Under the pieces are notes generated by a model. That model saw only the letters and a list, made by a program, of their open reading frames with translations. It had not been told where the DNA came from and did no database searches. This document shows positions 19,366 through 27,585 of a DNA stretch of 32,000 nucleotides, one piece after another (the first letter of the stretch is position 1; each line of letters opens with the position of its first letter). This DNA is from Schaalia odontolytica (GTDB lineage: Bacteria > Actinomycetota > Actinomycetes > Actinomycetales > Actinomycetaceae). Both the position numbers and the translations under genes were made by a program. The DNA lies in the NCBI RefSeq assembly GCF_005696695.1, contig NZ_CP040006.1, positions 1,530,001-1,562,000 on the forward strand. The letters run 5' to 3'.

Positions 19366-21624
19366 TCAGATCCACGCACCCGAAGATGCGAAGTAGTACC
19401 AGCGGCCGTCGATCATCTGCCAGCCGGTGACCATGTGGCCATCACCGGCGAAGTAGTACCAGGTGACGCCGATGTGCTGCCAGCCAGTGAGCATGGCGCC
19501 CGAGGGAGCCAGGTAGTACCAGCTGCCGGCGTGCTGCCAGCCGGTGAGCATCGCGCCGGAGGCGGAGAAGAGGTACCAGGTGCCGTCGACCTGCACCCAG
19601 CCGGTCGCCATAACGCCGGTCGCGGGATCCAGGTAGTACCAGGAACCGTCCTTGACCCAGCCGCTCACGCGAGCGCCGTAGGCGTTGTAGTAGCTCCACT
19701 TGCCGTCCTGGAGATCCCAGCCGGTGACCATCATGCCCGCCGAGTTGAAGCGGTAGGTGGCGTCACCGATCGTGATGGTCTGGTTGGTCGCGTAGCTGGA
19801 GTCCTCCAGCTGCCACTTCCAGCCCGAGCCGGTGTTCACCCAGTGCGCGGGAGTGACCGCGGGGGCGGGCTCAGGGGTGGGCTGCGGTTCCGGAGTCGGA
19901 TCCGGGGTGGGCTGCGGCTCGGGAGTCGGATCCGGGGTCGGCTGCGGCTCGGGAGCGGGCTCCTCGCCGGGGTCGGTCAGGCCGAGGTAGGCGGCGTCCA
20001 GGCGCATGAACTCGATGTTCTTGTAGCCGCCGGACTCGTACAGCAGGCCCCAGGTGCCGTCACCGAGGGGGTGCAGCGTCGAGTAGGCCATCTCGCCGCT
20101 CTCGAATACCTTGCCATCGTTCCAGGTGAAGCCGTCGTCGTAGGAGACGCGGATGGTGCCGTTAGCGCGGGCGCTGGAGGAGTCAGCGTTCGAGAAGAGC
20201 AGGACGCGAGCGCGCGCGGAGCCCTCGGGGGCATCCGGGTAGGCGCGCACGATGGAGGCGTTGTTACGCGGGTCCGTCAGGTCCCAGTTGTGGCGGAAGG
20301 GACCCCAGGTCTGACCGCCGTCGTAGGAGATGGCTTCGAGGCGCTGGCCGGCGGTGCCCTGCGTGCGCGAGTTGAGCAGCAGGCGACCGTCGGAGAGCTC
20401 GACGACCTTGTTCTCGTCGGCGCTGCCCTCGGTGGGTGCGCCGGGCTTCCAGGTCTGGCCGTGGTCGTCGGAGTAGACGGAAACGGCCATGAGCGAGGTC
20501 GTGCCGGAGTTGGCGACGGCGTACTGCTGGATGAGGCGGCCGGCGTGGGCGCCGTAGCGCAGCTGGATGCCTTCACCGGAGGAGGCGAAGCGGGTGAACC
20601 ACTGGCCCTCGTATCCAGCGGTCACCTGGTCGGTGATGGTGCGCGGGTTCACCCAGGTCTCGCCGTTGTCGTGGGACTCGACGACGTGGGCGTGCAGGAT
20701 GTTACGCGCCGCAGGATCGGTGCCCAGCTGGGACTGGAAGAGGCCGGCGTCGTAGGACTTGACCGAGAACAGGAAGATCGTTCCGGTGGTGCGGTCCACG
20801 ACGAAGGAGGGGTCGGAGTAGCCGATCTTCTGGGCGCCAGGGGTGCCGGCGAGGGCGGTCTTAATGGGGGTCCAGGACTTACCGCCATCCTTGGAGATGC
20901 GGTAGACGATGGAGTTGGCCTGAGGCGCGTCCTGACAGGTGTTGGGGCGACCGTCCCACGAGGCGATGATCCAGCCGTTGTTGGCGGTGGTCAGAGCGGG
21001 GATGCGGTGGCAGCTGAATCCGGCGAGGCCGGGGGACGCGAGGCGGACCTTGTCGCCGATCGCGTAGTCCTGCGGGGTCTCCAGCGGATCCGGGGCCGGG
21101 GGACGATCGCCCTGGGCGACGGTCACCGGGTCGGCGTTGGCGGTAATGCCACCGGCGATGACGTCGGTACCGTTGCGGTCACGGGTGGCCGCCCACGTGG
21201 TCATCGGGGTGAAAGTGCCGGCCGCTACGTCGTCAGCGGTCACGGTGTGCGTGGCGGTCGTGCACTGCTTGGTGGTGTGCGCGGCGAGGTTGTGCCAGCG
21301 GCAGTTCGGAGCGCCGGTGGTGAGGACGCCGGAGAGGTTCGAGTCCACCGGGAAGACGGTGAGCGCGCTGTCGGTGTTGTTGGTGTAGGTGACGGTGACG
21401 GTGATCAGGTCACCTTCGTACACCTTGTCTCCGTGGGAGTCGGTGCGCGTGACGGTGACGGTGATGGGGGCCGAACCTTCGTCGGTTGCCGAGGCCGCCA
21501 CCGGAGCAGCTGCACCGGTGTCACTGGTCGGGGTCGCGAGCGCGGGAACCGAGAGAGTCGCGCAGAGCAGCACGGCTCCCGAGGCAGCCGCGAGGGCGCG
21601 CCCGTAGTGGCGGAGGGTCATCAT
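19366..21624 (-). CDS. secreted exo-alpha-sialidase (GH33) with C-terminal cell-wall-binding (choline-binding-type) repeats
   Basis: Signal peptide ([30 protein letters not shown]), an N-terminal beta-rich domain and an RIP motif (CHRIP). Five Asp-boxes ([40 protein letters not shown]). Pro-rich linker, then seven GW..G.WYY-type repeats of about 20 aa (19369-19848). GGAAGGA lies 3-6 nt upstream of the two tandem ATGs. Confidence 0.92.
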   Translation of the reverse strand: MMTLRHYGRALAAASGAVLLCATLSVPALATPTSDTGAAAPVAASATDEGSAPITVTVTRTDSHGDKVYEGDLITVTVTYTNNTDSALTVFPVDSNLSGVLTTGAPNCRWHNLAAHTTKQCTTATHTVTADDVAAGTFTPMTTWAATRDRNGTDVIAGGITANADPVTVAQGDRPPAPDPLETPQDYAIGDKVRLASPGLAGFSCHRIPALTTANNGWIIASWDGRPNTCQDAPQANSIVYRISKDGGKSWTPIKTALAGTPGAQKIGYSDPSFVVDRTTGTIFLFSVKSYDAGLFQSQLGTDPAARNILHAHVVESHDNGETWVNPRTITDQVTAGYEGQWFTRFASSGEGIQLRYGAHAGRLIQQYAVANSGTTSLMAVSVYSDDHGQTWKPGAPTEGSADENKVVELSDGRLLLNSRTQGTAGQRLEAISYDGGQTWGPFRHNWDLTDPRNNASIVRAYPDAPEGSARARVLLFSNADSSSARANGTIRVSYDDGFTWNDGKVFESGEMAYSTLHPLGDGTWGLLYESGGYKNIEFMRLDAAYLGLTDPGEEPAPEPQPTPDPTPEPQPTPDPTPEPQPTPEPAPAVTPAHWVNTGSGWKWQLEDSSYATNQTITIGDATYRFNSAGMMVTGWDLQDGKWSYYNAYGARVSGWVKDGSWYYLDPATGVMATGWVQVDGTWYLFSASGAMLTGWQHAGSWYYLAPSGAMLTGWQHIGVTWYYFAGDGHMVTGWQMIDGRWYYFASSGAWI
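19874..19963 (-). repeat. three imperfect 30-bp tandem repeats encoding the [10 protein letters not shown] linker of the sialidase
   Basis: Units at 19874-19903, 19904-19933 and 19934-19963 (GGGGTGGGCTGCGGYTCSGGAGTCGGATCC-like). In frame; the protein reads [29 protein letters not shown]. Confidence 0.8.
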
Positions 21625-21658
21625 TGGTCCTTCCGATATGGGTTGTCAATCAGCGGTC

Positions 21659-21676
21659 AGTGAGTCATGACTCACT
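21659..21676. promoter_or_regulatory. perfect 18-bp palindrome (candidate operator or 5'-UTR hairpin) upstream of the sialidase gene
   Basis: AGTGAGTCA|TGACTCACT is its own reverse complement. It lies 35-52 nt upstream of the sialidase ATG and 14 nt downstream of a candidate -10 box TATGAT (minus strand, 21690-21695). Confidence 0.4.
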
Positions 21677-22010
21677 ATCCACGAGATTCATCATACAAAT
21701 TTAGATGCTCGCTAACCAGTTATACGACAGACAACTTTTATCAACGTCTAGGACAATTACCGCAGAACTACGGAAAAATACACGCGCCTGCCAGACCTTC
21801 ACCACCAAACTGGGCAACACGCACAGAACCCCCACGCCCACACCTCCCAACAGCAACATCCCCTCTCCTGTCAAACAACCCAGCCCACCAAGCAATGTGC
21901 CTCACCAGGACATAGTGACCGACATTGAACAATGGAACAGACCATAGCTAGTTGCTCAGCAAGCACTTACCTGTAAACTAGTCCTGTCAATCAGTCTTTC
22001 ACAGTAAGGA

Positions 22011-22172
22011 ATGAGCGTGCGCCCCTCCCGTCGAACTCTGACGCGCGTCGCGTCGGCAGCCGTCGCTTCCCTCGTGATCGTCGCACCGATCTCCACCGTC
22101 TCCAACGCGGATGCCCTCTCCCCCACTTCCCTTCCGTGGACGAACGGCGCGGACGAGGCACCGGCGAACTGA
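22011..22172 (+). CDS. candidate small secreted peptide precursor (51-53 aa)
   Basis: Not in the ORF track (<60 aa). Hand translation is MSVRPSRRTLTRVASAAVASLVIVAPISTVSNADALSPTSLPWTNGADEAPAN. AAGGA (22006-22010) is 6 nt before the in-frame GTG 22017. There is a signal-peptide-like N-terminus with an SRR motif and an SNA/DA cleavage-like site. G/C at codon third positions is strong, in contrast with the AT-rich DNA just upstream. Confidence 0.4.
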   Translation: MSVRPSRRTLTRVASAAVASLVIVAPISTVSNADALSPTSLPWTNGADEAPAN

Positions 22173-22211
22173 CCCCGCGGAAACCCTGCCGAGCGTACCC
22201 ACGCCTGTCAG

Positions 22212-22258
22212 CACAAAAGAGCCCCGGCCTCGTCCCATGTAGGAACGAGGCCGGGGCT
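22212..22258 (-). terminator. intrinsic terminator of ilvC (also closes the small plus-strand ORF)
   Basis: 14-bp stem AGCCCCGGCCTCGT / ACGAGGCCGGGGCT with an 11-nt loop. On the minus strand it is followed by CUUUUGUGC. It starts 28 nt after the ilvC stop. Confidence 0.7.
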
Positions 22259-22285
22259 TGAAGCTATCCGAAACGGAGCTCGAGA

Positions 22286-23317
22286 TCAGCGCGCGGCACT
22301 GCCCTCGGTGTAGTCCTCGTCGGAGTCGGTCCAGCCGAAGGCCTTGCGCAGCTTCTGGCCGGTCTTCTCGATCGGGTGGGCCTCTTCCTCGGCGCGCAGC
22401 GCCTTGAACTCGAGGGCGCCGTTATCCTGATCGGCGATGAACTTGCGGGCGAAGGTGCCGTCCTGAATGTCGGCCAGAACAGCCTTCATGGCCTCCTTGG
22501 AGGACTCGTTGATGACGCGCGGGCCGGAGACGTAGTCGCCGTACTCAGCGGTGTCGGAGCAGGACCAGCGCTGCTTGGTGATGCCGCCCTCGTTGATGAG
22601 GTCGACGATCTGCTTCATCTCGTGGCAGACCTCGAAGTAGGCGATCTCGGGCTGGTAGCCAGCCTCGACCAGGGTCTCGAAGCCGGCCTGGATCAGGTGG
22701 GAGACGCCGCCACACAGGACAGCCTGCTCGCCGAACAGGTCGGTCTCGGTCTCTTCGGTGAAGGTCGTCTTGATGACGCCGGCGCGGGTGCCGCCAATGG
22801 CCTTCGCGTAGGACAGGACGAGGTCCCAGGCCTGGCCGGAGGCGTCCACCTCAACGGCGACGACGTCCGGGGTGCCCTTGCCCTGGGTGTAGGTCTCGCG
22901 GACCTTGTGGCCGGGGCCCTTGGGGGCGACCATGACGACATCGTGGCCCTCGGGGACCTCGATGTAGCCGTAGCGGATGTTGAAGCCGTGCGCGAAGAGG
23001 AGGGCGGCGCCTTCCTTCAGGTTGGGGGCAATCTGCTCGGCGTAGACGTAGCGCTGGACCTGGTCGGGCAGCAGCACGGAGACGACGTCGCCCTCGGCGA
23101 CGGCCTCGGCCACGTCCTTGACCTCAAGGCCGGCAGCCTCAGCCTTGGCCCACGAGGAGGAACCGGGGCGCAGGCCGACGACCACGTCAACTCCGGAATC
23201 CTTCAGGTTCAGCGCGTGCGCGTGACCCTGCGAACCGTAACCAATGATGGCAACCTTCTTGGACTGGATCAGCGACAGGTCTGCGCCGTCGTCGTAGATG
23301 ATTTCTGCCATTTTCAT
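22286..23317 (-). CDS. ilvC: ketol-acid reductoisomerase (class I)
   Basis: [21 protein letters not shown] Rossmann motif, about 340 aa. ATG 23317 overlaps the ilvN stop (ATGA). The alternative ATG 23311 has better SD spacing (AAGGAG). Confidence 0.96.
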   Translation of the reverse strand: MKMAEIIYDDGADLSLIQSKKVAIIGYGSQGHAHALNLKDSGVDVVVGLRPGSSSWAKAEAAGLEVKDVAEAVAEGDVVSVLLPDQVQRYVYAEQIAPNLKEGAALLFAHGFNIRYGYIEVPEGHDVVMVAPKGPGHKVRETYTQGKGTPDVVAVEVDASGQAWDLVLSYAKAIGGTRAGVIKTTFTEETETDLFGEQAVLCGGVSHLIQAGFETLVEAGYQPEIAYFEVCHEMKQIVDLINEGGITKQRWSCSDTAEYGDYVSGPRVINESSKEAMKAVLADIQDGTFARKFIADQDNGALEFKALRAEEEAHPIEKTGQKLRKAFGWTDSDEDYTEGSAAR

Positions 23318-23826
23318 TTCTCCTTCAGTTGATCCGTGATCGAGCGCGACCCGCGGCCGATAGCCACGGCGCCCGACTGGACGAGTTCGGTGACGCCGTA
23401 GGGCTCCAGGGCCCGCAGCAGCGCCTCCAGCTTGGATAGGGAGCCGATCGATTCGATAACGACCGACTCGGGTTGCACGTCGACGACGTGTGCGCGGAAA
23501 AGGTCCACGATCTGCAGGACCGAGGTGCGACGGGTCTCGTCAGCCTGGACCTTCATCATGAGCAGACGCCGTTCGACGGAGTCTTCGGGTTCAAGCTCGA
23601 CGACCTTGAGGACGTTGATGAGCTTGTTGAGCTGCTTGACCACCTGCTCGATGGGCGCGGAGTCTGCGTCCACGATGATGGTCATGCGAGAGATTTCGGG
23701 GTGTTCCGTCTCTCCCACGGTCAGCGACTTGATATTAAAGGCACGGCGGGCGAAAAGCGCGGCGACGCGAGTGAGCACGCCAGGCTTGTTTTCGACCAAC
23801 ACGGCCAGAGTGTGACGATTCGTCAT
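23314..23826 (-). CDS. ilvN: acetolactate synthase small (regulatory) subunit
   Basis: [40 protein letters not shown]-domain signature, 170 aa. TGATG overlap with the ilvB stop. Confidence 0.95.
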   Translation of the reverse strand: MTNRHTLAVLVENKPGVLTRVAALFARRAFNIKSLTVGETEHPEISRMTIIVDADSAPIEQVVKQLNKLINVLKVVELEPEDSVERRLLMMKVQADETRRTSVLQIVDLFRAHVVDVQPESVVIESIGSLSKLEALLRALEPYGVTELVQSGAVAIGRGSRSITDQLKEK

Positions 23827-25592
23827 CAGTCTTCCACCTCCCAGTCGGGCGCCATGCCCTTGGCGTAACGAATCTCATCGTTGGACACGCCCGCAGCGAC
23901 CATCGGCCAGACCATCGAGTCCTTGGAGACGCGGAAGTCAATGAGAACGGGGCGATCGTTGATCGACATGGCCCATTCGATGGCCTCGTCGACCTCGTCG
24001 ATGGAGCGAACGGTGCGCGCAGCCATGCCGTAGGCCTGCGCGAGCATCTCGAAGTTGGGGATCTGCTCACCCTCGACGGGGTTGAGCGTCGTGTTCGAGT
24101 AGCGCTTGCCGAAGAACAGGGACTGCCACTGGCGGACCATGCCCAGCACCGAGTTGTTGATGAGGGCGACCTTGATCGGAATGTTGTTGATCGTGCAGGT
24201 GGCCAGTTCCTGGTTGGTCATCTGGAAGGAGCCGTCGCCGTCGATCGCCCACACGACCTTGTCGGGGGCAGCGACCTGGGCACCCATGGCTGCGGGGATG
24301 CAGTAGCCCATGGTGCCGGAGCCGGACGAGGAGATGAAGCTGCGCGGGTTGTCCAGCGTGATGAACTGGGCGGCCCACATCTGGTGCTGACCCACGCCCG
24401 TCACGTAGATGGCCTCGGGGCCGACCTTGTCGGAGAGCTTCTTGAGGACCTCCTGGGGCGCCATCATGCCGTCTTCGGGCTCGGCCCATCCGATCGGGTA
24501 CTTGGTACGCAGGCGGTCGAGGTAGCGCCACCATCCGGAGATGTCCGCCTTGTTGTCCGACGAGGCCTGGGCGATTTCCTCGGTGAGGATCGGCAGGGCG
24601 GTCGCCAGGTCGGCGACGATCGGGATGTCGGCGTGGCGGTTCTTCGAGATCTCCGCGGCGTCGATGTCGATGTGCACGACGGTGGCGCGGGGCGCGAAGG
24701 AGTCGAGGCGGCCCGTCACGCGGTCGTCAAAGCGAGCGCCGAGGGCCACGATCAGGTCGGCGCGCTGGAGAGCACCGACGGCCGCCACGGTGCCGTGCAT
24801 GCCGGGCATGCCGAGGTTGTGGCGATCAGAGTCGGGGAACGCTCCGCGGGCGGTCAGCGTGGTGACGACGGGGGCGTTCGTGACCTCGACGAGGTCGGCG
24901 AGGGCGTCGGTGGAGCCGGAGCGCACGATGCCGCCACCCACGTAGAGCACGGGGGCCTGGGCATCGGCGATCGCGCGTGCGGCCGCGCGCACCTGCTTCA
25001 TGTTCGGCTTGTCCGCGACGCGGTAGCCGGGCAGGTCGATGGCGGGAGGCCAGGAGAAGTCCATCTCCGCAACCTGCGCGGACTTGGTGATGTCCACGAG
25101 GACAGGGCCGGGGCGGCCGGTGCCCGCGAGGTGGAAGGCCTCGGCCAGGCGCGCCGGGATCTCCGCAGGATCCGTGACGAGGAAGGAGTGCTTGGTGATG
25201 GGCATCGACGCACCCACGATGTCGGCTTCCTGGAAGGCGTCACTGCCGATCAGAGATGCGCCGACCTGGCCCGAGATCACGACGATCGGGACCGAGTCCA
25301 TACAGGCGTCACCCAGGGCCGTCAGCACGTTGGTGGCGCCGGGGCCGGACGTCACGATCGCGCAGCCGACCTTACCGGTGGCCAGGGCGTAGCCTTCGGC
25401 GGCGTGGCCCGCGCCCTGCTCGTGACGGACAAGAATGTGGCGGATAGACGTCGACGCCATCAGCGGGTCGTAGGTCGGCAGAATCGCGCCGCCGGGCATA
25501 CCGAACACGTCGGTGACGCCCAGGGCCTCGAGGCTGGCCACGATAGCCTCGGCTCCGGTCATGCGGGTGGTGTTGGCGGTGTCGCTCACCAT
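23826..25592 (-). CDS. ilvB: acetolactate synthase large (catalytic) subunit
   Basis: ThDP-enzyme motifs (GGAILPTYD, GSGTMGYCIPAAMGA...DGDGSFQMT). Start at ATG 25592 (GAGAGGA upstream). The track TTG start at 25622 would lie inside the attenuator U-tract. Confidence 0.95.
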   Translation of the reverse strand: MVSDTANTTRMTGAEAIVASLEALGVTDVFGMPGGAILPTYDPLMASTSIRHILVRHEQGAGHAAEGYALATGKVGCAIVTSGPGATNVLTALGDACMDSVPIVVISGQVGASLIGSDAFQEADIVGASMPITKHSFLVTDPAEIPARLAEAFHLAGTGRPGPVLVDITKSAQVAEMDFSWPPAIDLPGYRVADKPNMKQVRAAARAIADAQAPVLYVGGGIVRSGSTDALADLVEVTNAPVVTTLTARGAFPDSDRHNLGMPGMHGTVAAVGALQRADLIVALGARFDDRVTGRLDSFAPRATVVHIDIDAAEISKNRHADIPIVADLATALPILTEEIAQASSDNKADISGWWRYLDRLRTKYPIGWAEPEDGMMAPQEVLKKLSDKVGPEAIYVTGVGQHQMWAAQFITLDNPRSFISSSGSGTMGYCIPAAMGAQVAAPDKVVWAIDGDGSFQMTNQELATCTINNIPIKVALINNSVLGMVRQWQSLFFGKRYSNTTLNPVEGEQIPNFEMLAQAYGMAARTVRSIDEVDEAIEWAMSINDRPVLIDFRVSKDSMVWPMVAAGVSNDEIRYAKGMAPDWEVED

Positions 25593-25620
25593 TCGTCCTC
25601 TCAATCGTTGGGACCGTCTC

Positions 25621-25664
25621 AAAGAAAAAACCCCGTCAGATCCGGCAGAAGCACGGATGCGGGG
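25621..25664 (-). terminator. attenuator terminator in the ilvBNC leader
   Basis: Minus strand reads CCCCG-c-AUCCG, 9-nt loop, CGGAU-cuga-CGGGG, followed by UUUUUUCUUU. It ends 28 nt upstream of the ilvB ATG. Confidence 0.7.
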
Positions 25665-25690
25665 AATTCGGCGTGCGATCCATCCTCACG

Positions 25691-25762
25691 TTACACGGCA
25701 GGCATCGCACGCCCGGGTACGATGACCAGGGCGAGGACTCCAATTCCGCGAACGTCGAGCAT
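25691..25762 (-). CDS. candidate ilvBNC leader peptide (23 aa; alternative 37-aa form from ATG 25804)
   Basis: Encodes MLDVRGIGVLALVIVPGRAMPAV, with 7 of 9 consecutive residues Ile/Val/Leu. It sits between the divergent promoter region and the terminator hairpin. The SD is weak. Confidence 0.5.
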   Translation of the reverse strand: MLDVRGIGVLALVIVPGRAMPAV

Positions 25763-25927
25763 GCCTTTACCGTATCGCTCCCACGCTCTCCGCTCCTTAC
25801 CCATCTCATTGTGCGGACCTTTGGACGCTGATCGCCATCTAGGACGATGGACTGAGATACACAGCACGTATTGCTGCTTTAATTGATACATACCTCATAT
25901 CACAATCCACAACACGGAGATTTCATC

Positions 25928-27520
25928 GTGCATCAGGTCTTTGAGATTCTGAGCGAACAGCCAGTTCTGTTCCTCTTCCTTCTCATCGGTATAGGCATGG
26001 CGTTCGGCCATGTGAAAATCAAGGGCATTGGCCTCGGCGCCGCCGCCGTTCTCTTCTTTGCCATCGCGTTGGCTGCGTGGGCGCAGTCCTACGGCATTGA
26101 GCTGCGAGTCACCCCCCAGCTGGGCACTCTCGGCCTGACGCTCTTCACGTTCGCGATCGGCATCAACTCGGGTGCGTCGTTCTTCCACAACTTGAAGACC
26201 GCCGTTGGCCCGATCCTGACGATGGTTGCCCTCTACGGCATCACCGCCACCGTCGGCCTCTACGTCGGTAAGGCCATGGGTATGGACGTTCCGCTCATCG
26301 CCGGTACCTTCGCGGGTTCGGTGACGAACACACCCGCTCTGGCCGCTGCCGGCGAGGCCTCCGGCGATCCTGCACGCGCAACCGTCGGTTACTCGATCGC
26401 CTACCTCTTCGGCGTCATCGGCATGCTTGCTGCTTCGATGGCTGCACTGCACTACGGCCGCAACGATAAGGATGCCCCCTCTCCCCTGTCGAACCGCACG
26501 ATCCGCGTCGAGCGCGACGACCACCCCTTCGTCGGCGACATCTACGAGAAGCTCGGCGAGAAGGTCTCCTTCTCCCGTCTGCGCCGCGGCGAGACCGGCC
26601 CGATTACCCGTCCCCAGATGTCCGACACCCTGGATCCTGGTGACCTCGTGACTGTCGTCGGTCCCCGCGAGCTCGTCGCTCGTGCGGCAACGGAGCTCGG
26701 CCATGCATCCTCTCACTCCCTCATGCAGGACCGCTCCTACCTGGACTTCCGCCGCATGACGATCTCCAACCCGAAGGTCTCGGGCCGCACGGTCGCCTCG
26801 CTCGGCCTCGCCAAGGAGTTCTCCGCGACTATCTCGCGCGTGCGCCGCGGCGACGTCGACATGGTCGCCGAGCCGGGCCTCGTCCTCCAGGAGGGTGACC
26901 GCGTGCGCGTCGTCGCCCCCACGTCCAAGATGGCTGAGATTACGAAGTTCTTCGGCGACTCGTCCCGAGGCCTCACGGACCTCAACCCGATCGCCCTGGG
27001 CATCGGCATGGCGCTGGGCATCGCGATCGGCGAGCTGCCGATCCTGACCCCCTCCGGCGAGTACTTCTCGATCGGTTCCGCCGCCGGCACGCTCATCGTG
27101 GGTCTCATCTTCGGCCGCGTCGGCCGCATCGGCCCCATCGCGACGGCTCTTCCCTTTACGACATGCCAGGTGATGGCTGAGCTCGGCCTGCTGATCTTCC
27201 TCGCGCAGGCGGGTGCCAAGGCAGGCGGCCAGATCCTCGAGGCCTTCACGTCGGGCGACTGGATCCGCATCTTCGCACTGGGCATCGTCATGACGTCGAT
27301 TATGGCGGTCGGCCTGTACTGCACGATGCGCTGGGTCTTCAAGATGGGCGGCACGAAGCTCGCCGGCCTGCTCGGCGGCGCGCAGACGCAGCCCGCAGTC
27401 CTCGCCTTCGCGAACGGCCGTACCAACGCCGATCCTCGCGTGTCGCTCGGCTACGCGCTTGTCTACCCGGTCGCCATGGTCGGCAAGATCATCGTCGCCA
27501 CGATCCTGGGCGGCATGTAG
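25928..27520 (+). CDS. AAE-family (aspartate:alanine exchanger, YidE/YbjL-like) transporter with two central TrkA-C/RCK_C domains
   Basis: Start at GTG 25928 (GGAGA 7 nt upstream). Two multi-TM halves flank two soluble segments of about 70 aa (..LDPGDLVTVVGPRE.. and ..LQEGDRVRVVAP..), typical of this family. The antisense 563-aa ORF is Arg/Asp-rich and spurious. Confidence 0.85.
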   Translation: MHQVFEILSEQPVLFLFLLIGIGMAFGHVKIKGIGLGAAAVLFFAIALAAWAQSYGIELRVTPQLGTLGLTLFTFAIGINSGASFFHNLKTAVGPILTMVALYGITATVGLYVGKAMGMDVPLIAGTFAGSVTNTPALAAAGEASGDPARATVGYSIAYLFGVIGMLAASMAALHYGRNDKDAPSPLSNRTIRVERDDHPFVGDIYEKLGEKVSFSRLRRGETGPITRPQMSDTLDPGDLVTVVGPRELVARAATELGHASSHSLMQDRSYLDFRRMTISNPKVSGRTVASLGLAKEFSATISRVRRGDVDMVAEPGLVLQEGDRVRVVAPTSKMAEITKFFGDSSRGLTDLNPIALGIGMALGIAIGELPILTPSGEYFSIGSAAGTLIVGLIFGRVGRIGPIATALPFTTCQVMAELGLLIFLAQAGAKAGGQILEAFTSGDWIRIFALGIVMTSIMAVGLYCTMRWVFKMGGTKLAGLLGGAQTQPAVLAFANGRTNADPRVSLGYALVYPVAMVGKIIVATILGGM

Positions 27521-27557
27521 CGGCAACCTCTCAGCGGGTTCAAACCTGCGACAACAG

Positions 27558-27585
27558 TGGGGCCGGCCCTTTCGGGCCGGCCCCA
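27558..27585 (+). terminator. hairpin downstream of the AAE transporter gene
   Basis: 12-bp stem TGGGGCCGGCCC / GGGCCGGCCCCA with a UUUC loop, 38 nt after the stop. No U-tract. Confidence 0.5.

Noticed and set aside
21644-21649. Perfect TTGACA (-35 consensus) on the minus strand just upstream of the sialidase gene; TTGACA also at 21869-21874 and 21986-21991.
   Set aside because: The first copy is only about 20 nt from the ATG, so a matching -10 would overlap the start codon and SD. None of the three has a convincing -10 box at 16-18 nt. They are kept only as a repeated motif, not as promoters.
21790-21900. C-rich plus-strand tract (..GAACCCCCACGCCCACACCTCCC..), considered as a 6C-type actinobacterial sRNA.
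   Set aside because: I could not find the two stable stem-loops that present C-rich loops in 6C RNA. Only very short GGGC/GCCC pairings are present.
21667-21947. Plus-strand ORFs 21667-21915 (82 aa) and 21705-21947 (80 aa) in the AT-richer island.
   Set aside because: No SD. The products are Pro/Thr/Asn-rich low complexity produced by the C/A-rich strand bias. The two overlap in different frames with no sign of codon periodicity.
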